NCBI GenBank assembly: GCA_965223865.1
Contig: OZ245020.1
Location: 1-64,000, forward strand
Length of the DNA: 64,000 nt
Source of the DNA: Nitrosarchaeum sp.
GTDB taxonomy: Archaea; Thermoproteota; Nitrososphaeria; Nitrososphaerales; Nitrosopumilaceae
Direction: 5' to 3'
Below the pieces are notes generated by a model, which saw only the letters and a list, made by a program, of their open reading frames with translations, was not told the origin of the DNA and made no database searches. The position numbers and the translations under genes were made by a program. Positions 10,401 to 19,723 of the stretch are shown here, one piece after another (position 1 is the first letter of the stretch; every line of letters starts with the position of its first letter).

Positions 10401-11245
10401 TTATCAAAGTATGTCGTGGTGTGGTATTGTAACAAATCAACCAAGTCTTGTACAATTAAAGGAGGGGTTCCTGCTTCTTTACTTTCTTTTAGTCTTTGAT
10501 TGACTCTAATTATGTCAACCATTTTGTGGGTTAGATCATCTTCGGATCTAATTCCAGTTTCAAGAATAATTGATGGTCTAACGGTCACGGGAGGTACAGG
10601 TAATGCTTGAAGAATAAACCATTCAGGTCTTGCAGTAACTGGATCATAGGCCAAAAGATTTAGATCATCATCAATAATTTGCGAGAATCTTTCTCTGATT
10701 GTAATTGGAAGTAATCTATGCTCTCCAATTTCTGTCTTTTCAACAAAGATAGTTGGTTTTGTGAAAATTAATTCGTATTGTGTTTTTCCACAATGAGGAC
10801 ATTCTTTTGCTTTCTTTGCTTTTTCAATAATTTGTTCTGGTATACGTTTTTGTGAGATGATAGTATACGCTGCATGTTTTTCTTTAATTTTTTTAAACTC
10901 GTCAAGATCTTCTTGTGGTACTTTTAATCTGGCACATGAACGACATGACGATTGCAAGAGTTTGTAAATATTATCGATAAATGCGATGTGTAAAACTGGT
11001 TCGGCAAGTTCAATATGACCAAAGTGTCCTGGACATCGAGCAGCAGTATTTCCACAAGTTAGACATTTTTGTCCAGGTTCAAGTGTTCCCAATCTTCCAT
11101 CCATAAGACCTCCTTGAACAGGCATTCCATCTTCATCATATGTTTCAGGAGCAGTAACCTCTGCTACTGAGTATTTTCTAATTTCAATTGGAGACCAAAC
11201 AGAAAATCTAATTCCGTCGATTGATTTGATTGCTTGAATAGACAT
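7454..11245 (-). CDS. rpoA1: DNA-directed RNA polymerase largest subunit (unsplit A'/A'', Rpo1)
   Basis: NADFDGDEMN catalytic motif, CPGHFGH, and the A''-region trigger loop SIGEPGTQMTLRTFH in one 1263-aa ORF. Confidence 0.98.
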   Translation of the reverse strand: MSIQAIKSIDGIRFSVWSPIEIRKYSVAEVTAPETYDEDGMPVQGGLMDGRLGTLEPGQKCLTCGNTAARCPGHFGHIELAEPVLHIAFIDNIYKLLQSSCRSCARLKVPQEDLDEFKKIKEKHAAYTIISQKRIPEQIIEKAKKAKECPHCGKTQYELIFTKPTIFVEKTEIGEHRLLPITIRERFSQIIDDDLNLLAYDPVTARPEWFILQALPVPPVTVRPSIILETGIRSEDDLTHKMVDIIRVNQRLKESKEAGTPPLIVQDLVDLLQYHTTTYFDNEVSGIPQAHHRSGRPLKTLTQRLKGKEGRFRGSLSGKRVDFSSRTVISPDPNLDLSEVGVPEAVATKLTIPEIVTEWNIDRMRKLVINGPNKFPGVNYIVRPDGVKIRLDFVEDRSIIAETLEIGYLVERHLADGDIVMFNRQPSLHQMSIMAHYVRVLPGKTFRLHPSVCPPYNADFDGDEMNLHVPQSEEARAEAILLMRVQDQLISPRYGGPIIGALRDFVTGAYLLTKDDTVLTIQDFSNLAMLGGYKDKLPKPGIKTKDGPAYTGKQLFSLFLPKDFNYVITSKWSKGTKGSPKDVVIKNGELISGVIDKSSIGAEEPESVLHRIAKDYGNAVGKNFLNSILIMVKQFITHYGFSYGYADLEVPEKEKQQILDDIQETYDVIADLTSQYEKGTLKLTRGMRPEEALEAYIVNELGKARDKAGSTADQSLDQANAGRIMATTGARGSALNIGQMAGALGQQSRRGNRLHEGYNNRALPHYQEHDNNPDAHGFVKSNYREGLSALEFFFHAMGGREGLVDTAVRTQQSGYMQRRLINALEHIRLEYDGTVRDPHGHIIQFLYGEDGIDVAKSDHGEAFNVNRLIESQTIVDSGKKATKEEISTLAKKFTKTFNPRLRDLVTNALLDSKLSKEGIESVCKKGLTLYNKAKVEPGQAVGIITAQSIGEPGTQMTLRTFHFAGIKERNVTLGLPRLIELVDARKKPITPTMDIYLDEKSKNSREKAIEVARNVLQTKVSALITNSETDYNSEIKLILNANRLKERGCTISEVEDALQSNKKFKMETTGELITLKLVEESDAPTVIAIRNKVLNTTVKGVPEIERVTLVQKDDEWVIQTTGSNIAKVLEVKGIDKKNVRTNNVFEIAGTLGIEAARNALINELNGTLEDQGLEVDNRYIMLVADLMCSRGYMQQIGRHGIAGTKDSVLARAAFEITVPTIAHAALGGEVEQLKGITENVIVGSNIPIGSGTVDLYMQVSKTK

Positions 11246-11246
11246 G

Positions 11247-14200
11247 TTACACTTTCTCCTTTATGAGCAATCTAGGTGCCACATTCAAACTTTGCATTTC
11301 TTGTAACAATAGTTTAAAAGCATATGCGACAGAAACAGATGAAACTTTGGCTTTATCACCGCATACTCTACAGACATATTTTCTTTGTTTAACGTCATGA
11401 TAAGCTACTAATCCACATCTTTCACAAACAAAAATATCAGATTTATCAGATTCATCAAGCAGTCTATCTTTTAGAATCATTGATGCACCATAAGCAATTA
11501 AACAGTCTCTTTCCATTTCACCAAATCTCAAACCCCCACCTCTTGCTCTTCCTTCGGTTGGTTGTTTTGTTAACATTTGTACTTGGCCACGAGCTCTAGC
11601 ATGTATCTTATCTGCAACCATGTGGTGCAGTTTTTGATAATAGACTACTCCAATAAAGACTTCTACTGGAAATGATTTTCCAGTTCTTCCATCATACATT
11701 TTTTCTTTACCTGAATACTTGAATCCTGTAGCATCCATTACAGCTTTAACTTCTTCCATTTTCTCACCAACAAAGGCAGAGCCATCAAATTGACTTCCAC
11801 GTAATGATGCTGCTTTTCCACAAATTGATTCCATCATCATTCCTACCGTCATTCTTGATGGGAATGCATGTGGATTAATCAAAACATCTGGAGAAATTCC
11901 ATCTGCAGTATATGGTAAATCTTCGTTCTTTGCTAAAATTCCAAGAACGCCCTTCTGTCCATGTCTTGAAGCAAATTTATCACCAATTTCTGGAATTCTC
12001 ATATCTCTAACTCTAATCTTGTACATCTTTCCACCTTCGTTTGATTGTGTCATTACAACAGTATCAACAACTCCTGTTTCGGATGGCCTCACACCAATTG
12101 ATGTATCTCTTCTATAAGGACCAGATGATTCAAACTCTCTGTATTCTTCCATAAATCTTGGAGGGCTGGTTTTTCCAATTAAAATATCACCCCCATGAAC
12201 TTGTGCTTCTGCTATAACGACACCATCTTCCTCTAATAATCTATAGGCTTTTTCTCCTTTGTAGCCTCTAATGTTGTCTTCAGCATTTGGAATTTCAAAG
12301 CTATCTCTCATTCCACCTGGGTATTGTTTAGCTTCTGCATCATAGATTCTAAAGAAGAAAGTTCGTCCAAGGCCTCTGTCAACAGAGGCCTTGCTAAGAA
12401 CAATGGCATCTTCAATGTTATATCCATCAAAAGGCAAAACTGCTACAACACAATTTTGGCCTGCAGGTCTGTCTTCTAATCCCAGCAGTTTCATTGCTTT
12501 AGTGTTAACAATTGGGGTTTGTGGATACAACATGAAATGTTGTCGGACATATGTGCTAGTATTCATCATTGGTGTTGAAAATCCAAGACTTTGTTTGGCC
12601 ATAGCAGACTCGTAGGTATTTCTTGGAGACTGGTTATGCTCAGGATATGGAATTATTGATGCACCTGCACCTAATATTGCCGGTGGGAAAACTTCAAGAT
12701 GGGTATGTTTCTTAGCATCTTTTTCATCTAGAGTTATGTAGCAGTTTTCTTCTTCGTTTGCATCAATCATTTCTAGTATGCCCATTCGTAACAAATCACT
12801 CCATGAGAGAAGTTTCTTAGAAATTTTATCTAACAGATCTTGTGTCAATAATGGTTTATTGTCTTTAATGATGATCAAGGGTCTTAAAACACGGCCTGCA
12901 TTACTGTTAACATAAAGTCTTTTTGTTGCACCTTCAATTTCTGATTTATGGAATGAAATTCCAACATGAGGATGAATCTTGGAATTTCTTCTCAATTCTC
13001 TAAGGGATTCAGCTAATTGTTCTCCATCTTTGTAATATCCAATTAGTTTTCCATCAACGAAGATCCTAGTTCCATCTTTTTTAAGATCTTCATTTGCATC
13101 AAAGAAATGAATGGTTCCTAGATCATACAATTTTTCGACAATTTCTTCAGATGGAACATTTACTGAGATAATTCCAGAAAGTGCCAAATTTTTTACAAGA
13201 CCACAGTTTGAACCCTCAGGGGTTTCGCTTGGACAAATTCTTCCAAAATGAGTTGCATGAAGATCTCTAGCCTCAAAGTTTGGTTGAGTTCTACTGAGAG
13301 GGGATTGAATTCTTCTAAGATGGCTAATGGTTGATAGATAATTTGTCCTATCAAGAAGTTGAGTTACACCAACACGTCCTCTACCCCAGTTACCTGTAGC
13401 AATTGCATTGTTTAGTTTATCAGTAATAATTCCAGGTCTTATTGCAGCAGCGACAGCATTTATTCCTCTCTTTTGGCCTGATCTTTCTAATTGGTATTTC
13501 ATATCTCTTACAAGATTTCTAAAAGCGGTTCTGAAAAGATCTGCAAGCATTTGTCCACCAAATTTGATAACTTTGTTTCCATAATGATCTTTGTCATCTG
13601 GAGAAATCCATCCAAGTTTTAACTCTAATAATTTACATGCTGCTTCACCGAGAAATTGAGCTTTTTCTTTTCTATTTTCAGGATGTTTACCAAGATGTGG
13701 TAATAGACCCCAATCCAGCAAGGTCTCAGCTCTTTTAATCTGGAATTCCTCTAACATTCCTGGTGCAATTCTCTTACTAATGTAAACAATTGCATCTTTT
13801 GATGTTGGAACATCACCTGCTTTTTCAAAAGATCCTTCTAGTTCATCTTGGATATCATCAACGAGTGAAACAACACCTGCAATTTCTCTGTCAGATTCTA
13901 ACCCAAGAGCTCGCATTAAAGTGACAACTGGAATATCTACAGGAGAACCAGGAATTCTGGCTACAATCAAGCCATCACTTTTCATTACAAGTTCCAGTTT
14001 TGCTCTATAGCCAACAATGGATGAATAGACTTTAGCTTTGAAAACAATGTTTCCTCCAACAGTTTCTCTATCTACAATAATTTTGTTGTATGAGAGATCT
14101 TCTAAACCAACAATAACTCTTTCAGAACCATTAATTATAAAATAACCACCTGGATCATTTGGATCTTCACCATGTTCGACTAATTTCTGAGTAGAAAAAT

Positions 14201-14594
14201 TATGTAAAATACAAGCATTTGATTTTGCCATAACTGGGATATCACCAATATGAACAAATCTAGATTCTAGAATTTTTCCATCTTCAACTACACTTGCTTC
14301 CATCATTACAGGAGCAGAGTAAGAAACATTTCTCAGTCTGGCCTCAGCAGGAGTAATATGAGTTATGGAGCCGTCAAGTTCCATCATTCTTGGTTGTTGA
14401 AGTTTTACTTTTCCTAATTGAATTTTATACGGATATTCTGCATTTTCAATTTCGATTTGACCTACTTCATTGATAATACTTTGTAGACCTCTTTCTAAAA
14501 ATTCATCAAAAGAATTCAAATGTTGCCTTGCAATTCCTTCACGCTTTAAGATATCTTGAATCACGGGCCATCGTTTTACGGAAGGATCTGCCAT
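11247..14594 (-). CDS. rpoB: DNA-directed RNA polymerase subunit B (Rpo2)
   Basis: GDKFASRHGQKG, GGLRFGEMERD, C-terminal Zn ribbon. Confidence 0.99.
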   Translation of the reverse strand: MADPSVKRWPVIQDILKREGIARQHLNSFDEFLERGLQSIINEVGQIEIENAEYPYKIQLGKVKLQQPRMMELDGSITHITPAEARLRNVSYSAPVMMEASVVEDGKILESRFVHIGDIPVMAKSNACILHNFSTQKLVEHGEDPNDPGGYFIINGSERVIVGLEDLSYNKIIVDRETVGGNIVFKAKVYSSIVGYRAKLELVMKSDGLIVARIPGSPVDIPVVTLMRALGLESDREIAGVVSLVDDIQDELEGSFEKAGDVPTSKDAIVYISKRIAPGMLEEFQIKRAETLLDWGLLPHLGKHPENRKEKAQFLGEAACKLLELKLGWISPDDKDHYGNKVIKFGGQMLADLFRTAFRNLVRDMKYQLERSGQKRGINAVAAAIRPGIITDKLNNAIATGNWGRGRVGVTQLLDRTNYLSTISHLRRIQSPLSRTQPNFEARDLHATHFGRICPSETPEGSNCGLVKNLALSGIISVNVPSEEIVEKLYDLGTIHFFDANEDLKKDGTRIFVDGKLIGYYKDGEQLAESLRELRRNSKIHPHVGISFHKSEIEGATKRLYVNSNAGRVLRPLIIIKDNKPLLTQDLLDKISKKLLSWSDLLRMGILEMIDANEEENCYITLDEKDAKKHTHLEVFPPAILGAGASIIPYPEHNQSPRNTYESAMAKQSLGFSTPMMNTSTYVRQHFMLYPQTPIVNTKAMKLLGLEDRPAGQNCVVAVLPFDGYNIEDAIVLSKASVDRGLGRTFFFRIYDAEAKQYPGGMRDSFEIPNAEDNIRGYKGEKAYRLLEEDGVVIAEAQVHGGDILIGKTSPPRFMEEYREFESSGPYRRDTSIGVRPSETGVVDTVVMTQSNEGGKMYKIRVRDMRIPEIGDKFASRHGQKGVLGILAKNEDLPYTADGISPDVLINPHAFPSRMTVGMMMESICGKAASLRGSQFDGSAFVGEKMEEVKAVMDATGFKYSGKEKMYDGRTGKSFPVEVFIGVVYYQKLHHMVADKIHARARGQVQMLTKQPTEGRARGGGLRFGEMERDCLIAYGASMILKDRLLDESDKSDIFVCERCGLVAYHDVKQRKYVCRVCGDKAKVSSVSVAYAFKLLLQEMQSLNVAPRLLIKEKV

Positions 14595-14846
14595 CTATAC
14601 TTCCACCACATATCTATAGTATAAGCTCTGACCTGCAGTGGGACTCTTTCTTGTGATCTTTATCATATCACCTGGTTTTACACCAAGTCCCAAAATTGCT
14701 GGATCGTTTACAAAAATTAATGGTAATTCTGTTGGTTTACAATTATATTTTTTTAGAACTTCCTCTGCTTCTTGTTTTGATATTATTTCATGTTTTGGAA
14801 CATAAACATGATCGGGAACTAAAACTTGATTTTTCTTAGTTGCCAT
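14595..14846 (-). CDS. rpoH: RNA polymerase subunit H (Rpo5)
   Basis: HVYVPKHE, LP.I...DP, RKSPTAG...YYR. Confidence 0.97.
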   Translation of the reverse strand: MATKKNQVLVPDHVYVPKHEIISKQEAEEVLKKYNCKPTELPLIFVNDPAILGLGVKPGDMIKITRKSPTAGQSLYYRYVVEV

Positions 14847-15022
14847 TTACAAAGCCTCCACACATAACATTAAATGTAGATGTAAAGAATACACACAAAC
14901 TGTCAAAAACTCACTACGAGGTTAATATATATCTAATCTGAAATTCGTCAAAATCCAGTGTTTTTTCTTTTTAGTCAAATAATTTTATCACAACCTTAAA
15001 TAGTATAAATTTAGGCGTAAAA

Positions 15023-15847
15023 ATGATGAAAGCTCATCTATCGGTGTTTGCCTTATCTGCAATAATTATTGCAAGTATTGGAATGGCACCAGCATTTGGA
15101 CAAATACAAAACTCGGTCGTTGTTGCTACTGATAAGTCATCCTACTCAGAGGGTGAAACAATCATAGTAACAGGAGAAGTCAATGCACTTCTCGGTGGCG
15201 AGGCACTTAGTCTCATGGTAACAGCACCAAATGGAAACGTTGTTTCTATTGCACAGTTAACAGTAGGTTCTGATAAAACATTCGGTACTGAATTAGCTGC
15301 TGGTGGTTCACTAATGAAACAAGCAGGAACGTACTCGATCATAGTTCAGTATGGAACCCAATCTCGAACAGCAGAAACCACATTTACCTTTGCGGGATCC
15401 TCAGCATCATCTGGAATTGATACTGGAAATGCAGTATCAATTGAAGGTTCTGATGAAATGATAGGTTATTCAATCATAGGTGGAAAATTAATTAGCATCA
15501 TGCCTGATGTAGATGCAAATTCACTTATCGTCGCAATAGACGCAATGGATGATGGTTCACTCACCCTCACTATCCCAAGATCAGTAATGGATGCAACAAT
15601 TAATGGTGAAGATGACGACTTCTTTGTCTTAGTTGACGGAGAAGAAGTAGACTTTGAAGAAACATCTACTTCTACTGACAGAACACTTACCATACAATTC
15701 CCAGCTGGTGCAGAGGAAATCGAGATTATTGGTACCTTTGTTGTTCCAGAATTTGGTACAATAGCAGTAATGATCTTAGCAGTTGCAATAATATCAATAA
15801 TTGCAGTATCTGCAAAATCAAGACTCAGTATTATGCCAAGATACTAA
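15023..15847 (+). CDS. PEFG-CTERM sorting-domain surface protein 1
   Basis: Signal peptide, Ig-like domains, C-terminal VPEFG + TM helix + basic tail. Confidence 0.9.
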   Translation: MMKAHLSVFALSAIIIASIGMAPAFGQIQNSVVVATDKSSYSEGETIIVTGEVNALLGGEALSLMVTAPNGNVVSIAQLTVGSDKTFGTELAAGGSLMKQAGTYSIIVQYGTQSRTAETTFTFAGSSASSGIDTGNAVSIEGSDEMIGYSIIGGKLISIMPDVDANSLIVAIDAMDDGSLTLTIPRSVMDATINGEDDDFFVLVDGEEVDFEETSTSTDRTLTIQFPAGAEEIEIIGTFVVPEFGTIAVMILAVAIISIIAVSAKSRLSIMPRY

Positions 15848-15850
15848 ATT
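15744..15850 (+). repeat. 107-bp direct repeat copy 1 (PEFG-CTERM coding tail plus stop)
   Basis: ttccagaatttggtacaatag...gccaagatactaaatt identical to 16664-16770 and 17594-17700. Confidence 0.95.
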
Positions 15851-15884
15851 TCATCTTTTTTCTCTTTTTAAATATACATAAATA
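15851..15884 (+). promoter_or_regulatory. T-rich terminator followed by a putative TATA-like element (tttttaaatatacataaata), duplicated at 16786-16805
   Basis: Oligo-T tracts after the stop codon; the same 20-mer lies ~25 nt upstream of the starts of PEFG genes 2 and 3. Confidence 0.55.
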
Positions 15885-15909
15885 CTAATGTGGATGGTGT
15901 TGAAATAGG

Positions 15910-16767
15910 ATGAATTTTAAACACTCCATAACTTCAATGGCATTGGTCCTTGTGGCACTGTCATTAATATCAGTAACTTCAATTCAGCAAGATGTTTCTG
16001 CTCAAACCATGGGAATGTCACTTTCTGCTACTGCAGTAAAAGGAGCAGATACAATTTCAGTTACTGGACATACTGCATCAATGATCACAGATGTAACATT
16101 TAGAGTAACATCTCCAAGTGGAAATAATGTAGTAAACATTGCTCAAGCTGCACCAGATGAAAATGGAAACTTTGTCAAAGAATTCAAAATTGGTCCAACA
16201 TGGATAGAAAATGGATTCTATAAAATAACAGCTATGCAAAGTGTTCATCAAAATTCTTTGTATACTATGACAGTACATGTAGAGGTAAATGACGGAATGG
16301 CTGCAGAAACTTCAGTATCTGAATCAAATTTAGAAACAGGAATTTTCAAACCAACAAGTATTACTGCTGAGGACAAAGGACTAGAAATTGAAGCAGAAGC
16401 ATTAATTGGTTCTACAGAGATTGTAATTACTGGAAAAACAGATAGAGTAAGTGAAGATATCACATTAACAGTAACGGCACCAAATGGAAACGTTGTTTCT
16501 GTTGCTCAGGTATCACCTTCAATTGATGGGGTCTTTACAAGGATCATTACAACAGGAGGGCCGCTTTGGGTACAGGACGGATTCTATACAGTAACTGCAC
16601 AGCAAAATCAATCATCAGAATACACAAGTTCGGTGCAAGTAGATATCAAAGAAGGTGTAGTAGTTCCAGAATTTGGTACAATAGCAGTAATGATCTTAGC
16701 AGTTGCAATAATATCAATAATTGCAGTATCTGCAAAATCAAGACTCAGTATTATGCCAAGATACTAA
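15910..16767 (+). CDS. PEFG-CTERM sorting-domain surface protein 2
   Basis: Signal peptide, two Ig-like repeats (VTSPSGN / VTAPNGN), VPEFG tail. Confidence 0.9.
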   Translation: MNFKHSITSMALVLVALSLISVTSIQQDVSAQTMGMSLSATAVKGADTISVTGHTASMITDVTFRVTSPSGNNVVNIAQAAPDENGNFVKEFKIGPTWIENGFYKITAMQSVHQNSLYTMTVHVEVNDGMAAETSVSESNLETGIFKPTSITAEDKGLEIEAEALIGSTEIVITGKTDRVSEDITLTVTAPNGNVVSVAQVSPSIDGVFTRIITTGGPLWVQDGFYTVTAQQNQSSEYTSSVQVDIKEGVVVPEFGTIAVMILAVAIISIIAVSAKSRLSIMPRY

Positions 16768-16790
16768 ATTCACAACTTTTTTCATTTTTT
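16664..16790 (+). repeat. 107-bp direct repeat copy 2 (identity with copy 3 extends 20 bp further, through the T-rich terminator)
   Basis: Identical core, followed by cacaacttttttcatttttt as in copy 3. Confidence 0.95.
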
Positions 16791-16830
16791 AAATATACAT
16801 AAATAGAGACAGGTTCAAAACGCAAACAAG

Positions 16831-17697
16831 ATGAACAGCCGTACGTCGTTTGTGCTACTAGCCATTTTGACTGCAGTCGGTACTTTAACCGTGTCTTCAG
16901 CATATGCATCTTCACAAGCATGTCCTGATTGTGAGGGGGAATCTAAAATGACAGCATCTCAAATTTTGAGCCAGGAACTCCCGGTATCTGTTTGGACAGA
17001 TAGAAATTCATATGATCATAACGACACCATTACAGTACAAGGCCAAGTAGCAAATATCGCATCTGGTTTTCCAGTTACGCTTACTGTTGTGAATCCATTG
17101 AACTCTGTTGTCACAGTTGACCAACTAATAGTCGATGACGACAGAACATTTGGAACAACTCTCAACACATCAGGTGTACTGTGGAAATACGACGGTACCT
17201 ATACCATCAAAGTTCAATATGGTGAAAATAAAAGTGACAAAGCACTTATTGAGCTAACTGGTGGAATTGCAACCAAACCAATCACCCCAACACCATCCAT
17301 AAAATGTGGCGCAAATAGTGTTTCTGCAGATGGAAATTGCATAAACTATAGCATTGCTGGCGGAGTGGTTACTGGTGCAAGCATCAATACTAATGATAAT
17401 TCAGTTATTATTAGAATCAGTGCAAATGATGATGGAACAATTACATTGAGCCCATCAAGTGAAGTTCTCGACGGTGTCTTTATGGTACTAGTTGATAACG
17501 AAGAATGGGATGATGTAGAATTTGATGGCAATAAAGTCACAGTAATGTTCCCAGCAGGTACTGAAACAATTGAGGTAATTGGTACATTTGTTATTCCAGA
17601 ATTTGGTACAATAGCAGTAATGATCTTAGCAGTTGCAATAATATCAATAATTGCAGTATCTGCAAAATCAAGACTCAGTATTATGCCAAGATACTAA
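16831..17697 (+). CDS. PEFG-CTERM sorting-domain surface protein 3
   Basis: Signal peptide, CPDC motif, Ig-like domain, IPEFG tail. Confidence 0.9.
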   Translation: MNSRTSFVLLAILTAVGTLTVSSAYASSQACPDCEGESKMTASQILSQELPVSVWTDRNSYDHNDTITVQGQVANIASGFPVTLTVVNPLNSVVTVDQLIVDDDRTFGTTLNTSGVLWKYDGTYTIKVQYGENKSDKALIELTGGIATKPITPTPSIKCGANSVSADGNCINYSIAGGVVTGASINTNDNSVIIRISANDDGTITLSPSSEVLDGVFMVLVDNEEWDDVEFDGNKVTVMFPAGTETIEVIGTFVIPEFGTIAVMILAVAIISIIAVSAKSRLSIMPRY

Positions 17698-17720
17698 ATT
17701 CACAACTTTTTTCATTTTTT
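17594..17720 (+). repeat. 107-bp direct repeat copy 3
   Basis: Identical to copy 2 over 127 bp. Confidence 0.95.
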
Positions 17721-17768
17721 CATTTTTAGATAGTAAAGGAAATATACAAACCATCATTGAGAGGTTTC

Positions 17769-18566
17769 ATGAAAAAGATTTTTTATGGATTAATAATTTT
17801 AACTGTAATTTCATTTATGCCAGCTTTTGCTCAGACAAATCCAATTACGGTTCAAACAGATGACAGTAATTATGATGAAGGAGATACCATTGTGATTTAT
17901 GGCGAAGTTGCTACCGTTGTTCCAAGTACACCAGTAGTGTTGCAGATTTTCTTTGAAGGAAATTTGATAGATATTGCCCAGATTACAGTTGCACAGGATG
18001 GAAGCTATACACATACCGTAATTGCCGAAGGACCATTATGGAACAAGACAGGAGATTATTTAGTTAGGACTTCATTCGGAGAAGGAAATATTGCAGAGGT
18101 TGAATTCAATTTTTCTCCAAAAACAGATATTCTTGACACCAATATTTTCGAAGTAGATGCAGGTAGTTCAGGTACATTTGATGTAGAATATACTATTAGA
18201 GGAGGAACTATAGAAGATATGATAGTTGATTCAGAATTTTTTGCATTAAAGGTACAGGTTGATGCTATAGATGAAGGAACTATCACTCTAGATTTGCCAA
18301 GAGAATTCATTGGTGCAGAGAAACAAGATGGAAAAGACGATGTTTTTATAATCCTAATTGACAACGTTGAAGTTCCATATCAAGAGTTAGATAATAATTC
18401 AAAATCTAGAATGATCTCAATTAATTTTGAACAAGGAGATTCTGAGATTGAAGTTATTGGAACTTATGTTATCCCAGAATTTGGTACAATTGTAATGGCA
18501 ATATTACTGGTTGGGATGGCTTCTGTAATTTTAACAACTAAAAATAGATTCCAGATTAAAATTTAG
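17769..18566 (+). CDS. PEFG-CTERM sorting-domain surface protein 4 (divergent tail)
   Basis: Signal peptide; IPEFGTIVMAILLVG...KNRF tail. Confidence 0.88.
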   Translation: MKKIFYGLIILTVISFMPAFAQTNPITVQTDDSNYDEGDTIVIYGEVATVVPSTPVVLQIFFEGNLIDIAQITVAQDGSYTHTVIAEGPLWNKTGDYLVRTSFGEGNIAEVEFNFSPKTDILDTNIFEVDAGSSGTFDVEYTIRGGTIEDMIVDSEFFALKVQVDAIDEGTITLDLPREFIGAEKQDGKDDVFIILIDNVEVPYQELDNNSKSRMISINFEQGDSEIEVIGTYVIPEFGTIVMAILLVGMASVILTTKNRFQIKI

Positions 18567-19723
18567 TCAAAAGAATATTTTTCTTTAAATGGAGAAACTG
18601 AACGTAATTCCTGAACAATTTTTTTTAAAATATTTACAGTTTCATCGATTTCTTCTTTGGTATTAAATATACCAACACTTAATCTCAATGAACCAGTAAT
18701 TTGTTCATGTGAAAAACCCATTGCTTGTAAAACATGAGAAGCCTTTTGAGTATTAACTGAACATGCTGAACCAGTTGAAGCAGCAATTCCATTTTCATCT
18801 AACTTGATTATCAAATCTTCACCATTAACTCCAAGAAATGTAAAATGAGCATTGTTTGGTAAACGAATATCAGTATGGCCATTTAGAGTCACATGAGAAA
18901 TTTCACTCAAAATTTTTTTTATTAAATAATCGTTGAGTTTTTTTATTGAAGAGGTGTTTTCAACTAGATTCAAATGTGAAATTTCACATGCCTTTCCAAA
19001 TCCTACAATATTAGCAACATTTTCAGTTCCAGATCTTAAACCTTTTTCTTGTCCCCCACCAAGAATCACAGGATCAATAGTTAATCCATTTTTAATGTAA
19101 AGAGCACCAATTCCTTTAGGGCCATTAATTTTATGGGATGATATGGATAACAAATCAACACCTAATTTTTTTACATCAATTGGGATTTTTCCAATAGCCT
19201 GTACTGCATCAGTATGAAATGGGATATTTTTTTCATTACAAATACTTCCAATTTCTGCAATTGGTTCAATTGTTCCAACTTCATTGTTTCCAAACATTAT
19301 CGATACAAGAGAGGTTTTCTCTGAAATTTTGTTTTTTAATGATCCAGAATCAATCATACCAAATTTATCAACAGGAAGATAAAGTACGTTAAATCCCAAA
19401 TTTGCTAGTTTTTTACATGGTTCTAAAATAGAATCATGTTCAACAGAGGAGGTAATAATTTGAGATCCGGGGGTCTTTAAGGCAATACCATTTAATGCAG
19501 TGTTGTTGGATTCAGTACCGCCAGAAGTAAATAGAATTTCAGAAGGATTTGCATTAATAAGATTGGCAATTTGTTTTCTAGCTTTTTCTATAGCTTTAGA
19601 AGTTAATCTTCCATACCTATGAATTGATGAAGGATTTCCATATTGCTCTTTTAGGTAGGGTAGCATTGAATCTAAAACTGCTTCATGAATTTGAGTTGAA
19701 GCGGCATTATCAAGATAAATCAA
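18563..19723 (-). CDS. iscS: cysteine desulfurase (IscS/NifS type)
   Basis: YLDNAAST, TSGGTESNN, SSHKINGPKG (PLP lysine), STGSACS catalytic Cys. Confidence 0.93.
   Translation of the reverse strand: MIYLDNAASTQIHEAVLDSMLPYLKEQYGNPSSIHRYGRLTSKAIEKARKQIANLINANPSEILFTSGGTESNNTALNGIALKTPGSQIITSSVEHDSILEPCKKLANLGFNVLYLPVDKFGMIDSGSLKNKISEKTSLVSIMFGNNEVGTIEPIAEIGSICNEKNIPFHTDAVQAIGKIPIDVKKLGVDLLSISSHKINGPKGIGALYIKNGLTIDPVILGGGQEKGLRSGTENVANIVGFGKACEISHLNLVENTSSIKKLNDYLIKKILSEISHVTLNGHTDIRLPNNAHFTFLGVNGEDLIIKLDENGIAASTGSACSVNTQKASHVLQAMGFSHEQITGSLRLSVGIFNTKEEIDETVNILKKIVQELRSVSPFKEKYSFD

Noticed and set aside
7454-11245. Unsplit RpoA as a novelty
   Set aside because: Known hallmark of Thaumarchaeota; used only for taxonomic placement.
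15744-17720. Three identical repeats considered as a CRISPR array or IS ends
   Set aside because: Repeats are 107 bp, protein-coding and ~920 bp apart; no cas or transposase genes and no inverted termini.
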